Below are positions 1 to 8,925 of a stretch of 64,000 nucleotides of DNA, one piece after another. The DNA comes from a virus. The notes beneath the pieces are model-generated. The model made no database searches and had not been told where the DNA came from. It worked only from the letters and a program-made list of their open reading frames with translations. The position numbers and the translations under genes are program-made. The stretch is taken from positions 64,001-128,000 of IMG/VR virus record IMGVR_UViG_3300044653_000098. One strand, written 5' to 3'. Numbering within the stretch: the first letter of the stretch is position 1; every line of letters starts with the position of its first letter.

Positions 1-44
1 AGCCTCCGTTTGTGGGCTGTGGAGTCTCCACCGTACCATGCACG

Positions 45-60
45 GTTGACACGTGTCTAC
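45..60. promoter_or_regulatory. Quasi-palindromic operator/-35 element GTTGACACGTGTCTAC (copy 1 of 5)
   Basis: Same 16-mer family at 698, 2725, 23319 and 55460. On the minus strand TAGACA-N18-TACGGT precedes an RBS for a gene running off the left edge. Confidence 0.7.
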
Positions 61-68
61 TCAGCACA

Positions 69-95
69 AGACCCCCGGAGGCTATCCGGGGGTCT
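69..95 (-). terminator. Intrinsic terminator-like hairpin
   Basis: AGACCCCCGGA-ggcta-TCCGGGGGTCT, an 11-bp perfect stem just downstream of the 115-645 gene. Confidence 0.65.
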
Positions 96-114
96 GTGTG
101 GGCTTGGTTGTGGC

Positions 115-645
115 CTAGTGGTTGTTCCCCTCGTCATACAGCCACGTGCCGCACATACGCTCATCACGGCAGATTGCCGACCCGTAGACCTCCGTTTTCC
201 AGCCGGCCACGAGCTGAGCGAACTCAAGGTCAAGGCTGATCAGCACTATGTCTTGGGCACCATCGGCCGTCCAGTCATACACGGTGTAGGTCACCACGCC
301 GGCGTCTTGCGCGCGGAGCCATGCGTTGCCGGCCGGAATCGCGGCGAACATCGGCGCGCACTCTGAGAAGTCCTCCGCAAGCTCAGCCTCCGCTGCTTCT
401 ACGCGAGCACGGTCGGCTGTCGGGTCGTACATTCGGTTCCCAAAGTGTGAGAGCGGTGCATGGATCGGTTCGTCAAGCTCTCCAGCCTCCGCGGCGTCCA
501 TAGCTGCGCTAATGGCGGCCGAGTTGCGCTGCAGCTCATCCTGCAACTGTGCGGCCGCGCGCTTGGCTACGGCGATCTTCTGTTCCGGGGACAGCTCCCC
601 AAACCTCTTGCCGGCCGGCCACGCTGTGGGATCGTTCGGGTCCAT
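115..645 (-). CDS. Hypothetical early protein
   Basis: ORF with GGAGG RBS inside the conserved AAACGGAGGC leader upstream of ATG 645. Confidence 0.75.
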   Translation of the reverse strand: MDPNDPTAWPAGKRFGELSPEQKIAVAKRAAAQLQDELQRNSAAISAAMDAAEAGELDEPIHAPLSHFGNRMYDPTADRARVEAAEAELAEDFSECAPMFAAIPAGNAWLRAQDAGVVTYTVYDWTADGAQDIVLISLDLEFAQLVAGWKTEVYGSAICRDERMCGTWLYDEGNNH

Positions 646-697
646 TGCTCTGTGCCTCCGTTTGGTGGGCTGTGGAGACTCCATAGTCGCATGCGGG

Positions 698-713
698 GTA
701 GACACGTGTCAAC
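698..713. promoter_or_regulatory. Operator/-35 element GTAGACACGTGTCAAC between divergent genes
   Basis: Reverse complement of the 45-60 motif; TAGACA-N18-TAGACT on the plus strand. Confidence 0.7.
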
Positions 714-771
714 CAGACACGCTAGACTCATCCCACGATGCACAGCCCACCAAACGGAGGCAAAGACTCAG

Positions 772-1101
772 ATGGCAAACATCAAATCTCATGACGGCCA
801 GGCGCACATGAGCGCCACCTACAGCAAGCCGGAAGAGACGGCCAGCCTCACCACAGACGGCAAGACGCACCTGACGCTGACCGTCACCACAGACGGCCGC
901 TTGCTGCGCAAGACAGCTCACCGTTTCCGCTCATCACAGCGCAAGTGCGGCTACCGGCTCAGCAGCACGGATTACCGCCTCGTGACCAAGGTCAGGGTGC
1001 ATCCTTCCCGCCTCACAGAGGAATACCGGCCGCAGCTCCGCGCTGATCTGGCAGCCATAGCGGCACGGTGGGGGTATGCCCCCGACCACACGGAAGCCTG
1101 A
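772..1101 (+). CDS. Hypothetical early protein
   Basis: ATG 772 preceded by the CACAGCCCACCAAACGGAGGC leader. Confidence 0.75.
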   Translation: MANIKSHDGQAHMSATYSKPEETASLTTDGKTHLTLTVTTDGRLLRKTAHRFRSSQRKCGYRLSSTDYRLVTKVRVHPSRLTEEYRPQLRADLAAIAARWGYAPDHTEA

Positions 1102-1143
1102 GCACGCCCACAGACGCACGTGCTGTTAGCTCAGCTCCCAAAA

Positions 1144-1183
1144 TACGGGCCGGAGGAAAAGCACAGCTAGCCTCCGGCCCGTA
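1144..1183 (+). terminator. Terminator-like hairpin
   Basis: 13-bp inverted repeat TACGGGCCGGAGG/CCTCCGGCCCGTA downstream of 772-1101. Confidence 0.55.
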
Positions 1184-1374
1184 CTCATGCGCCTAGGTGT
1201 CTCCACAGCAATCCGCGCACAAGAGCTAGCTCAGCTCTCCAGCCCCGCACAGCCGCTCGCGTGGCCTCCGTCCCGGGCGTGCCTGTGGGCATGATGTAGA
1301 GCCGTTATGCACCCATAGCCACAGCCCGCTAGTAGCGTCTGCGCGGGGCTGAGCTTAACGGAGACAGCCGTACA

Positions 1375-1402
1375 GCCCTACCCGTATGTAATCGGGTAGG
1401 GC
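1375..1402 (-). terminator. Terminator-like hairpin
   Basis: GCCCTACCCG-N8-CGGGTAGGGC downstream of the 1456-2670 gene. Confidence 0.55.
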
Positions 1403-1455
1403 AAACGGCAGAATCGCTCTCAGGGCCGTACAGCTACAAGCGCTGCAGCCATGCG

Positions 1456-2670
1456 TCATCTATCGCGGCGTCCGTCTTGCGGTGCTTGCCTTCCCGCGTG
1501 CCGCGCCTTCATGCCGGCCTCCCACCTGTCCAGAGCGGACAGCACGTCAGCCTGTGCAGTGAGGCTGAGTGTCGCGGTGTAGACGAGTCCGTCAATGACT
1601 ACGAGTGTCAGGCTGACATAGCACTGCGGGCACACGGGCATGTCCCCGCCACACAACTCGCTGTAGGCGGTCAGTGTGCCATCACACGGGGCTGAGCAGT
1701 TCTCACAGCTCACAAGCTCAGCCGGCGCGGTGTAGGGGTGACCCTGCCATGGTGAGTCCGGCCGGTGCGCGTTACGGCCGCACGTGGTGCAGCGCTTGGA
1801 GTTGTGAGCCCCGGACACGTCATCCTTGGCCGGCTGTGCCGTGTCCTCACGCACGGGGCGGAGGTTCGGCCACGTGTAGCCAAGCGCGTAGTGGTCGGCA
1901 CTGTGCCCGTCGGTGAAACTGCAGGTCAGACCCGGCATTCCGGGGTGCATGGACGGGCACGGCTGAGCGTTCGCGCTGGTCCGCTCTTCCGCCGGCTCGT
2001 GCCGTTCCGTGCACGGGATCACCGCTATGGAGTCCCCATCGCTGTAGTGCCGCAGCTCTTCGTGGTAGTGCAGCTCGTGCCGCTCGCTGATCTCGTCTAT
2101 GAGCGCGTTCGTGTCGGCTAGCTCCCGCGCGTCATCGGCCGGCAGCACCTCTAGCGGCTGGTCAGTGTCGTGGGGTCCGTTCATGCCCCGCGCGTCACAC
2201 AGCCACGTGCGCTCGTACTCCACGTACACCAGACGCCACGTGCCTCCGGGGGTCATGCGGAACACTGGCCGGTGACAGTAGCTGCAGGTTCCCTCTTCCG
2301 GCTTCTCAGCTCCCACAACCACAGCAGCCTGAGCGTGCCCGCGTACGCGCGCCTCTTCCGGGCTGGTCACCATGGCTAGCAGCTCATCCGCTACGTGGCC
2401 GGTCTCCGCCATGCGCACGCGCTTGCCTGAGTCCGTCAGCACGTTGCCGTTGTCCTCGTGTCCGGGGCTGAGCGCTTCCGCTGCGGCTGTGGGCACGTAG
2501 AACACCTGCAGCTCAGGGTGAGCCGTGCCAAAGATTCCAGCAAGCTCATAAGCCTGATCCCACGTGCCCGCGTAGTTCGCCGCGCGCTGGAACCGGTTGG
2601 CTGTGGGCTTGCGGTAGGCGATCGTCCATGTGGCTATGGTGCGACTCTCGTGCGTGTTGGTGCTGGTCAT
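1456..2670 (-). CDS. Hypothetical early protein with several Cys/His metal-binding modules
   Basis: CSYC..C..H, CP..C..H..H, CTTC..H..H and CENC..CPQC motifs; AAACGGAGGC RBS leader. Confidence 0.75.
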   Translation of the reverse strand: MTSTNTHESRTIATWTIAYRKPTANRFQRAANYAGTWDQAYELAGIFGTAHPELQVFYVPTAAAEALSPGHEDNGNVLTDSGKRVRMAETGHVADELLAMVTSPEEARVRGHAQAAVVVGAEKPEEGTCSYCHRPVFRMTPGGTWRLVYVEYERTWLCDARGMNGPHDTDQPLEVLPADDARELADTNALIDEISERHELHYHEELRHYSDGDSIAVIPCTERHEPAEERTSANAQPCPSMHPGMPGLTCSFTDGHSADHYALGYTWPNLRPVREDTAQPAKDDVSGAHNSKRCTTCGRNAHRPDSPWQGHPYTAPAELVSCENCSAPCDGTLTAYSELCGGDMPVCPQCYVSLTLVVIDGLVYTATLSLTAQADVLSALDRWEAGMKARHAGRQAPQDGRRDR

Positions 2671-2724
2671 CTGTGCCTCCGTTTGCTGGGCAGTTGGGTC
2701 AACCATGCTCAGGCTTTCAATGGA

Positions 2725-2740
2725 GTAGACCTGTGTCTAC
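2725..2740. promoter_or_regulatory. Operator element GTAGACCTGTGTCTAC
   Basis: GTAGAC-N4-GTCTAC palindrome upstream of the 1456-2670 gene. Confidence 0.65.
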
Positions 2741-3253
2741 CCGTTCAGCTCCCATTGTTATCAACCTGTAACCTACCCAAACGATCAGCCTCCGTTTATC
2801 GCCAGGCGCGCTACCAGCCATGACTTACCATCCGCCGGCTAGCCCAGTACCCAAATAGATGGGTACAGCCTCCGTTTAGCTCAGCCGTTCCCATACCTCG
2901 ATAGTCCCACCCAATGGGACACCCCCCGCGCCAACCGCTGCAGCTCCCCTGTGCCCGTGCCGCACAGCTCCCCGTGCGCAGCTCTCAGCGCCACGCACAG
3001 CCGCTCACAGCCCCTGCCCTGTGTCAGCACATGGCCAGCACCGCAGCGTGCCTCTCAGCCCCGCGGGCACACAGCTCAGCTCGGCCGGTCAGCTCAGCTC
3101 CCCGCGGCCGTCCGTTCGGCTGCCCCCGTTGCCGGCTAGGCCCCCGCCCCCGCCGTGCCCGCCCCCCGTCGTGCGGGGCGATGAGGGTTAGGAGTCCCGT
3201 TCCTCCGCCCCCGCACTGACCGGCGCCTTCCATTAACAGATGCACCCGCACAC

Positions 3254-3474
3254 GTCACAGCACATCACCCGTCCCTGCGGAGCCCAGGGTTTGATGGCCT
3301 GGGGAAGTGATTGTGATGTGTGATGGGGCCCCCTGACCTGTGATAACTCCAGGAAAGGTGGTCACAGTGATGTACCGCATCACTCATGTGCCCGGATGAT
3401 GTCACATGCCGCTGACCTGGGCGCATCACTATCTTGTGATGGAGGACATCACAGCTGCCGCCAAGTGGTGTGAT
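3254..3474. repeat. Non-coding cluster of about 14 GTGA(T/C)/(A/G)TCAC motifs
   Basis: Copies at 3254, 3264, 3307, 3313, 3320, 3340, 3361, 3367, 3379, 3401, 3425, 3436, 3448 and 3470, in both orientations. Confidence 0.65.
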
Positions 3475-3769
3475 CTGGCGCCTGGCCGGTAATAATGGCA
3501 GGGCGTGCCCCGGGGAGCCTGCGGAACGATGATCAGCGTCCTCGTTCCGGCCAGGACCGTTACCCCCCGGGGCCGCCCCGCCAGCGAAACGGAAGGCGGA
3601 GGCCCATGAACGTAGCTAGCAAGGTGCCGGAGCGGCCGCAGCCGCCAGCTGCACCGGGCGGATATCACCAGGAAGCTGCGCCTGATAGTGCGTGGCGGGT
3701 GATCGGGGGGCTTGCCACGATCGGGAGCAAGCGGTGCCGGGCAGGCGCGACGCGGAACAAGCGGGCGGG

Positions 3770-4363
3770 ATGAGCCGCAGGCGCCGCAGGCGCCGCAGGA
3801 GGTTCCAGGCGGGCTGGCTGAGCTGGGCGGTGCCGCTGGCCGGGGGTGTGTGGATCTGGACGTCCCTGCACGATCCTGGACGCCAGGCGGGCATGTGGAC
3901 GATCGAGGGCGCCGCGGTGCTGGCCTGGCCGCTGGCGCTGACCGCGGCGTTCTACGTGCTGCCCGCGACTGCGATGTCTGCGGTACCGAGGGGGCTGCGC
4001 AAATGGTGGCGCCGGAGCTACACCGCGCGGCCGGCGATTCCGCTGTTCATCCGCCGGGCTGTGATGTACGCCGACGCGCACCGCTGTGTGCACTGCGGGG
4101 AGTGGCTGGACCTGCAGCTGGACCACGTCTTCCCCTGGAGCCTCGGCGGCCTGAGCGTGCTGTTCAACCTGATGGTGCTGTGCGGGACGTGCAACCGCGT
4201 GAAGTCCAACTACTGGCGGTTCCGCTCGGGGCATGAGATCTACCGGGCGTTCGACAACGCTGACAACATCCGGATGGCCCGGGAGATCCTGAGGTCGGAG
4301 AAGCTGGCGAGGATCAGCCCGCTGCGGTGGTACCGGGCTTCGCTCGCGCTAGGGGTGATCTAG
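3770..4363 (+). CDS. HNH endonuclease with N-terminal membrane anchor
   Basis: CVHC...LDHVFPWSLGG....NLMVLCGTCNRVKSN; two hydrophobic segments after an Arg-rich N-terminus. Confidence 0.85.
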   Translation: MSRRRRRRRRRFQAGWLSWAVPLAGGVWIWTSLHDPGRQAGMWTIEGAAVLAWPLALTAAFYVLPATAMSAVPRGLRKWWRRSYTARPAIPLFIRRAVMYADAHRCVHCGEWLDLQLDHVFPWSLGGLSVLFNLMVLCGTCNRVKSNYWRFRSGHEIYRAFDNADNIRMAREILRSEKLARISPLRWYRASLALGVI

Positions 4364-4795
4364 GTGAACTGGGGAGCGCTGGAGGCGGTCGCGGCCGGGC
4401 TGGTCACCGCCGTTGTGGTGGTTGGCCTCGTCTGGCTCTATGTGACCCATTCCCCAGCGGCCTTCAGGCACAAGGCCGACGAGCACTACCTGGAGGCGCG
4501 GGACGCGGTGCTGGCGGCCGTCAGGCACCTGCCTAAGCGCAAGGTGGTGGTCCGGTCGGCCGACGGCACGGTGTTCCAGGTCGCCCGGCGCCCTCCGCTG
4601 CGGATCTACCTGCTGATGGTCGGCTGCAAAGGCACGACGTTCAGCTTCGGCCGGGACGGCCGGGTCGACCTCGGCGGGAACCGCGGGCGGTCTCTGTCAC
4701 AGGCGATGCGGGACGGCCATCATTCGTGGGCGAGCAGGGCGGAGCTATTCAAGATGGCCGAGCAGCTGAAGACGGCAAAGCCGGTGAAGCGGTGA
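4364..4795 (+). CDS. Hypothetical membrane-anchored protein
   Basis: N-terminal transmembrane helix; abuts the HNH stop codon. Confidence 0.7.
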   Translation: MNWGALEAVAAGLVTAVVVVGLVWLYVTHSPAAFRHKADEHYLEARDAVLAAVRHLPKRKVVVRSADGTVFQVARRPPLRIYLLMVGCKGTTFSFGRDGRVDLGGNRGRSLSQAMRDGHHSWASRAELFKMAEQLKTAKPVKR

Positions 4796-5112
4796 TAGAC
4801 GACATGCCGCTATGCGACTGCGAGTGGTGCCTGTCGTTCCGGCCTTACCCGGAGCCGCGTTGCCGTCCTCTGCGCTCTGTGCGCATCCGCGAGCGCCGGG
4901 CACGCAGGCGCCGCTGGCTCCAGGACGCCGCGTACATGCCGCTGTGGTGCCTGGATGCCACGCTGGGCGGGATGAGCCCCTCCGTGGCGCTGACGGCCGC
5001 CTGCGGGGTTTACCTAGGTGTGCTGTTCGAGATGCCGCTGTGGCTGGTCTGCGCCATCCTGTTCGTGGCCAGCGTCCTGCCCGCGCCCCCGGATCACACC
5101 TCCCAGCAGTGA
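4792..5112 (+). CDS. Hypothetical membrane protein
   Basis: GTGA overlap with the previous gene; C-terminal hydrophobic hairpin. Confidence 0.6.
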   Translation: MIDDMPLCDCEWCLSFRPYPEPRCRPLRSVRIRERRARRRRWLQDAAYMPLWCLDATLGGMSPSVALTAACGVYLGVLFEMPLWLVCAILFVASVLPAPPDHTSQQ

Positions 5113-5136
5113 TCTGGCCAGCTCAGCGGTGTGACA

Positions 5137-7176
5137 TCACTGCTGGGGCGGAGGCGGCGTCTTCGGGTACCAGCGGCCGTTCTTGCTGTCGAGCAGCTCA
5201 GCGTCACGGTCCTTGCCCAGCTCGCGCTGGATGTGCGCACGGTCGACCCCGATCCCCTCTCTCTTGAGGATCGTGAGGATCTCGCTGGTCGCGATGCCCA
5301 TCCGGGAGCGCTCCGCGATCAGCGCGTAGGCCCGCAGCTTCCACGCCGGGGCGTTGCCCTGCGGGGTGTATCCCTGGGCGAAGGTGGTCAGGTCCGCCAG
5401 GGTGTCGCCCATCATCTCCTGGAACACGTCCAGCTGGGCCCTGCGCTCTTCCTCGCGGTCGATCACCGCGGTAGCTGCGGCGCTGCGCGCCGGGGCGGCT
5501 GCGGCCGGGGGCTCGGGCGCCAGGTTCTGGAACAGCTCGGAGCGGTTCCACCGCTCGGTGTAGTCCTCGCCCAGCACGGCGAGGTCGGCCTCGTCAAAGA
5601 CCGGCCGTATGGACGAGCAGCGGGCCGCGATCCGGTCGACCTTCGCGCGGTCCTCGGGGTGCTCGTCGCCGGGGTCGAGGCGGAAGAACTTCCACACCTT
5701 CAGCTTCCGGTCACGGTCGCCCATCCGCCAGATGAGCCCGGTGCCCCTGTGCTGGAGGCGGGAGATCGCCTTGGCCGCCGGGTCGGAGTCCGGGACCGCG
5801 GACCGGGCGTCCATCTCCGTCATCTGGCCGAGAGTAATTTTCAGGCCGCTCTGGCTCTTGAGGTCGCCGGAGCCGGCCTGGGAAACGGTTGGCCGCTGTG
5901 TGGTCCAGATTGGGTCGACCGCGGACGGCCGGCCTTTCCGGGTGATGTCGTTGGCCCAGGCGACCATCTGGACGTTGGAGACGCCGGCCAGCTGCTGCTT
6001 CTCCCGCGGGGCGTCGAGCATGAAAATGTCGGCCACCTCATCGCCCACGAGCATCACCGCGGGCTTGGCCCGGCTCGGCACGAGCTTGGTCCGGTGCCTG
6101 ACGGCGTTCTCGTCCCGGCGTCCCGCCACGAGCCGGTCGGCTGCCTTGAACATCAGGTATGCCTCCGCTCTGGTGGTGGCGACCCAGTCGATGCACGGGC
6201 GCAGGCCCTTGGCCCCGTTGTTGAGTACCTCGTCGTTGATCCATGGCTGGATCCACGGTCCCGACAGCGAGCCGCCGCCGAGGTCGACGCACCAGACGAT
6301 GACGTCCTCGCACGCGGAGAACTGCGCGATCAGGACGTTGAGAAGATTGCTCTTGCCCCAGCCCCGGATACCTGTCAGGAACGTTGCTACCTCGCGGAAC
6401 AGGATGCGGCCCAGCTCTCCGATCGCTGCGACGCCGATTGGGATGGGCTTGTTGATGGTGAGGACTTCGTCGTGCTCGGGGAACAGCACGGTCTCCTCAA
6501 AGATGTCTTCCTCGTTGAGGGTCATGATGGCCTCGCCACCGTGCTTGCCCCCCTCGAAGGTGATCGCTCCCGGGTCCATCTTCAGCGGGATGCAGAGCTT
6601 CTCCACACAGGTCCGCAGGGTGTTCAGGGTGACCGAGCCGTCCGTCGGGAGGCGCAGGTACACGATGCGGTTGCCTCGTGCCTCCTCGATCTGGATGATC
6701 GAGATGTTCAGCAGGCCGATCCGGGTGAAGGCCGCGATGAGCTTGCGCCGCTCTGCCGCTGCGGCGAACGACGCCGCGCGGGTGTTCGCCTGGTGGCTCT
6801 CCATGGCATGGCGTTCCCAGACCAGGCCGCCAGCGACAATCACGGCCCCGATAACCGCGACCAGAGAGACCAACGCCGGCCAGTGCCACACGCCGGTCAG
6901 CTTCGCATACACCAGCCATCCCGGAACAGTGACCGCGACCGCTATGGCGCAAATGACGACCGAGGAGGACTTCGACCGGATCGAGATCCCGGCCGCAACT
7001 GAGCCGGAGATCACGAGTGCGAGCGCCCCCGCCGGGAAAGCGTGGATCTTGGTGAGTGCGAACAGGAACAACGCCACGCCCACAGCCAGCCCGGTCTCGA
7101 TCATGTGCGTCCACACATGACGGGGTGCCGGGTCAAGGGACTTCGCCGGGGCGGGCTGGCTGCGGGTCGTGGTCAT
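5137..7176 (-). CDS. TraB-like FtsK/SpoIIIE DNA translocase
   Basis: N-terminal TM helices, Walker A GIRGWGKS, Walker B MLVGDE, TQRP motif and C-terminal winged-helix; this is the architecture of actinomycete plasmid TraB. Confidence 0.85.
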   Translation of the reverse strand: MTTTRSQPAPAKSLDPAPRHVWTHMIETGLAVGVALFLFALTKIHAFPAGALALVISGSVAAGISIRSKSSSVVICAIAVAVTVPGWLVYAKLTGVWHWPALVSLVAVIGAVIVAGGLVWERHAMESHQANTRAASFAAAAERRKLIAAFTRIGLLNISIIQIEEARGNRIVYLRLPTDGSVTLNTLRTCVEKLCIPLKMDPGAITFEGGKHGGEAIMTLNEEDIFEETVLFPEHDEVLTINKPIPIGVAAIGELGRILFREVATFLTGIRGWGKSNLLNVLIAQFSACEDVIVWCVDLGGGSLSGPWIQPWINDEVLNNGAKGLRPCIDWVATTRAEAYLMFKAADRLVAGRRDENAVRHRTKLVPSRAKPAVMLVGDEVADIFMLDAPREKQQLAGVSNVQMVAWANDITRKGRPSAVDPIWTTQRPTVSQAGSGDLKSQSGLKITLGQMTEMDARSAVPDSDPAAKAISRLQHRGTGLIWRMGDRDRKLKVWKFFRLDPGDEHPEDRAKVDRIAARCSSIRPVFDEADLAVLGEDYTERWNRSELFQNLAPEPPAAAAPARSAAATAVIDREEERRAQLDVFQEMMGDTLADLTTFAQGYTPQGNAPAWKLRAYALIAERSRMGIATSEILTILKREGIGVDRAHIQRELGKDRDAELLDSKNGRWYPKTPPPPQQ

Positions 7177-7185
7177 CTTGTCCTC

Positions 7186-8925
7186 CTACTGGGTCAGCCA
7201 GAGACGGTGCGCCGCGCGGTGCGTGGCGAACGCGTCGCTTGCCGCATCCCCCGTGCTGGCGAGAGCTGAGCCGTACTCCCTCAGGCTCTCGATGAACGCC
7301 GGGTGGATGTGCTCGTCCGTCATCCCGTCAGCGGCCGCCTGGACTGCTTTGCCGATCACGCTGGGCAGCTCGGCCATCCGCTTAGCCCACTGGTCCAGGT
7401 CGTCGCCGCTGGTGGGATGGAACGTGGCAATGTGGTCGTGGACGGCCTCCTCGACCGCATCAAGGTTTCCTGACATAGGGCCTCCTCTAGTTGATGGTGC
7501 TCGCTGCCTGCGCACCTGCGGTGCTTGCAGCCGGGGTGCCGGAGCGGGGGCCGACCTTGGTGCTCCCTGCGGGGAAGCTGGTGCCGGAGCGGGGTTTGGC
7601 TTGCTCTGGCGCTCCTGCTCCCGCCTGGCGCGCTCGCGCTCTCTCCGTTCCTCCCTCATCCGCTTGTTCCAGACCTCCTGCCAGCGGCGGCCAAGCTGAG
7701 CGCCGCTGAGCAGACCTGGAATCCGGCGCTGCCGGGGTTCTCCCAGCCGCGGGACCGGGCGCCATTTGCCTGGAGCCCAGTTGCCTTTGCCCTGGACTTT
7801 GCGCAGCTTGCGCCTGCGGTGCAGCTGGCGCAGTCCTGCAGCCAGGGCGATGGGAGCCAGAATCCGGTCCCGCCACCGTGGCCGCTGGCTGCGGATGTGC
7901 TGGCGCAGGGCTCTTCGCTGAGCCCTGGTCTGCTTGCGCAGTGTCCTGCGGCGCTGCCCGCGCAGCCGCCGGCCGTGGCCTTTGGCTCCAGGACCCCACT
8001 GAACCTGCGGGCCGCCTGCGGGACGGACCGCCCCTGGCTGCCGCCGCCGGAGCCTGGCCGGGACGAGCTTTCGCAGTCTCCTGCGTGCCCGCCCAGGCTT
8101 AGGCGTGCTGCCTGTCGGGATGCCCGGAGGCCGTCCGCCAGCTGGCCGCAGACCGCGGCGTCCGCGCACCCGCGGGCGGCTGCCCGTGCCTGGCCGTGCG
8201 CCTGAGCCTCCAGCAGTCCGGGGACGGTGCGGGATGAACCGCCTGATGCCCCCTCGCGGACGGCTGGCGGTACCCGGGCGCCGCCCGCCTCCTGGGCGCC
8301 CGCCCGCCGGGCGTGAGCCCGCTGGACGGTGTGGCCGGTGCGGCAGGAACCTCCGCATGCCACGACGTGGGCCGCCCGCACCGGTTCCTGTGCCGGAGCG
8401 CCGTCGACCCGCGCCCGGACCAGTTCCCGAACGGCGCCTTCCGCTCCCCAGACCGCCGCCTGGGGACATAGTGCGCCTGCGCGAGCGCCCGGACGATCCG
8501 GAAGCGCCTGACCCGGAGCGCCTGCCCCGTCCCAGGCCCAGACCGCCGCGCCCTGATCCGCCGCCGGATCTCCGGCCTCCGCCCGCACTGCCGCGCGAGC
8601 GGCCGCCTCCGCCGAGCCTCGGCAGTACCCTCCCGCCCGAGGACCGGCTGCTTGAGCGCCGCTCCCTGCGGGACGAGCTGCCCGGAGGCCGTGCGAAGTG
8701 CTTCCGGATACGCGGGTACTGCCAGATTCCGGCTGCCCCGGTCCCGGCTGCCCCGGTCCCGGCCGCTGCCATCTCCACCGGGCCTGCGCCGAAACCGTGG
8801 ACAGCTCCGACCACGGCCGCGATGCCTCCCAGCAGATAGAGAATCGGCCTGCGGCCCCGGACATGCCCCGGGCGTTCCTGCGGGCCTGCACGCGGCTCTT
8901 CATCGAGGGTCTCTTCATCAGCCAC
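7186..8925 (-). CDS. Arg/Gly-rich membrane protein of the tra region, with probable in-frame internal start at 7476
   Basis: N-terminal TM segment, low-complexity R/G middle, globular C-terminal ~96 aa preceded by its own AGAGGAGG RBS. Confidence 0.65.
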   Translation of the reverse strand: MADEETLDEEPRAGPQERPGHVRGRRPILYLLGGIAAVVGAVHGFGAGPVEMAAAGTGAAGTGAAGIWQYPRIRKHFARPPGSSSRRERRSSSRSSGGRVLPRLGGGGRSRGSAGGGRRSGGGSGRGGLGLGRGRRSGSGASGSSGRSRRRTMSPGGGLGSGRRRSGTGPGAGRRRSGTGTGAGGPRRGMRRFLPHRPHRPAGSRPAGGRPGGGRRPGTASRPRGGIRRFIPHRPRTAGGSGARPGTGSRPRVRGRRGLRPAGGRPPGIPTGSTPKPGRARRRLRKLVPARLRRRQPGAVRPAGGPQVQWGPGAKGHGRRLRGQRRRTLRKQTRAQRRALRQHIRSQRPRWRDRILAPIALAAGLRQLHRRRKLRKVQGKGNWAPGKWRPVPRLGEPRQRRIPGLLSGAQLGRRWQEVWNKRMREERRERERARREQERQSKPNPAPAPASPQGAPRSAPAPAPRLQAPQVRRQRAPSTRGGPMSGNLDAVEEAVHDHIATFHPTSGDDLDQWAKRMAELPSVIGKAVQAAADGMTDEHIHPAFIESLREYGSALASTGDAASDAFATHRAAHRLWLTQ

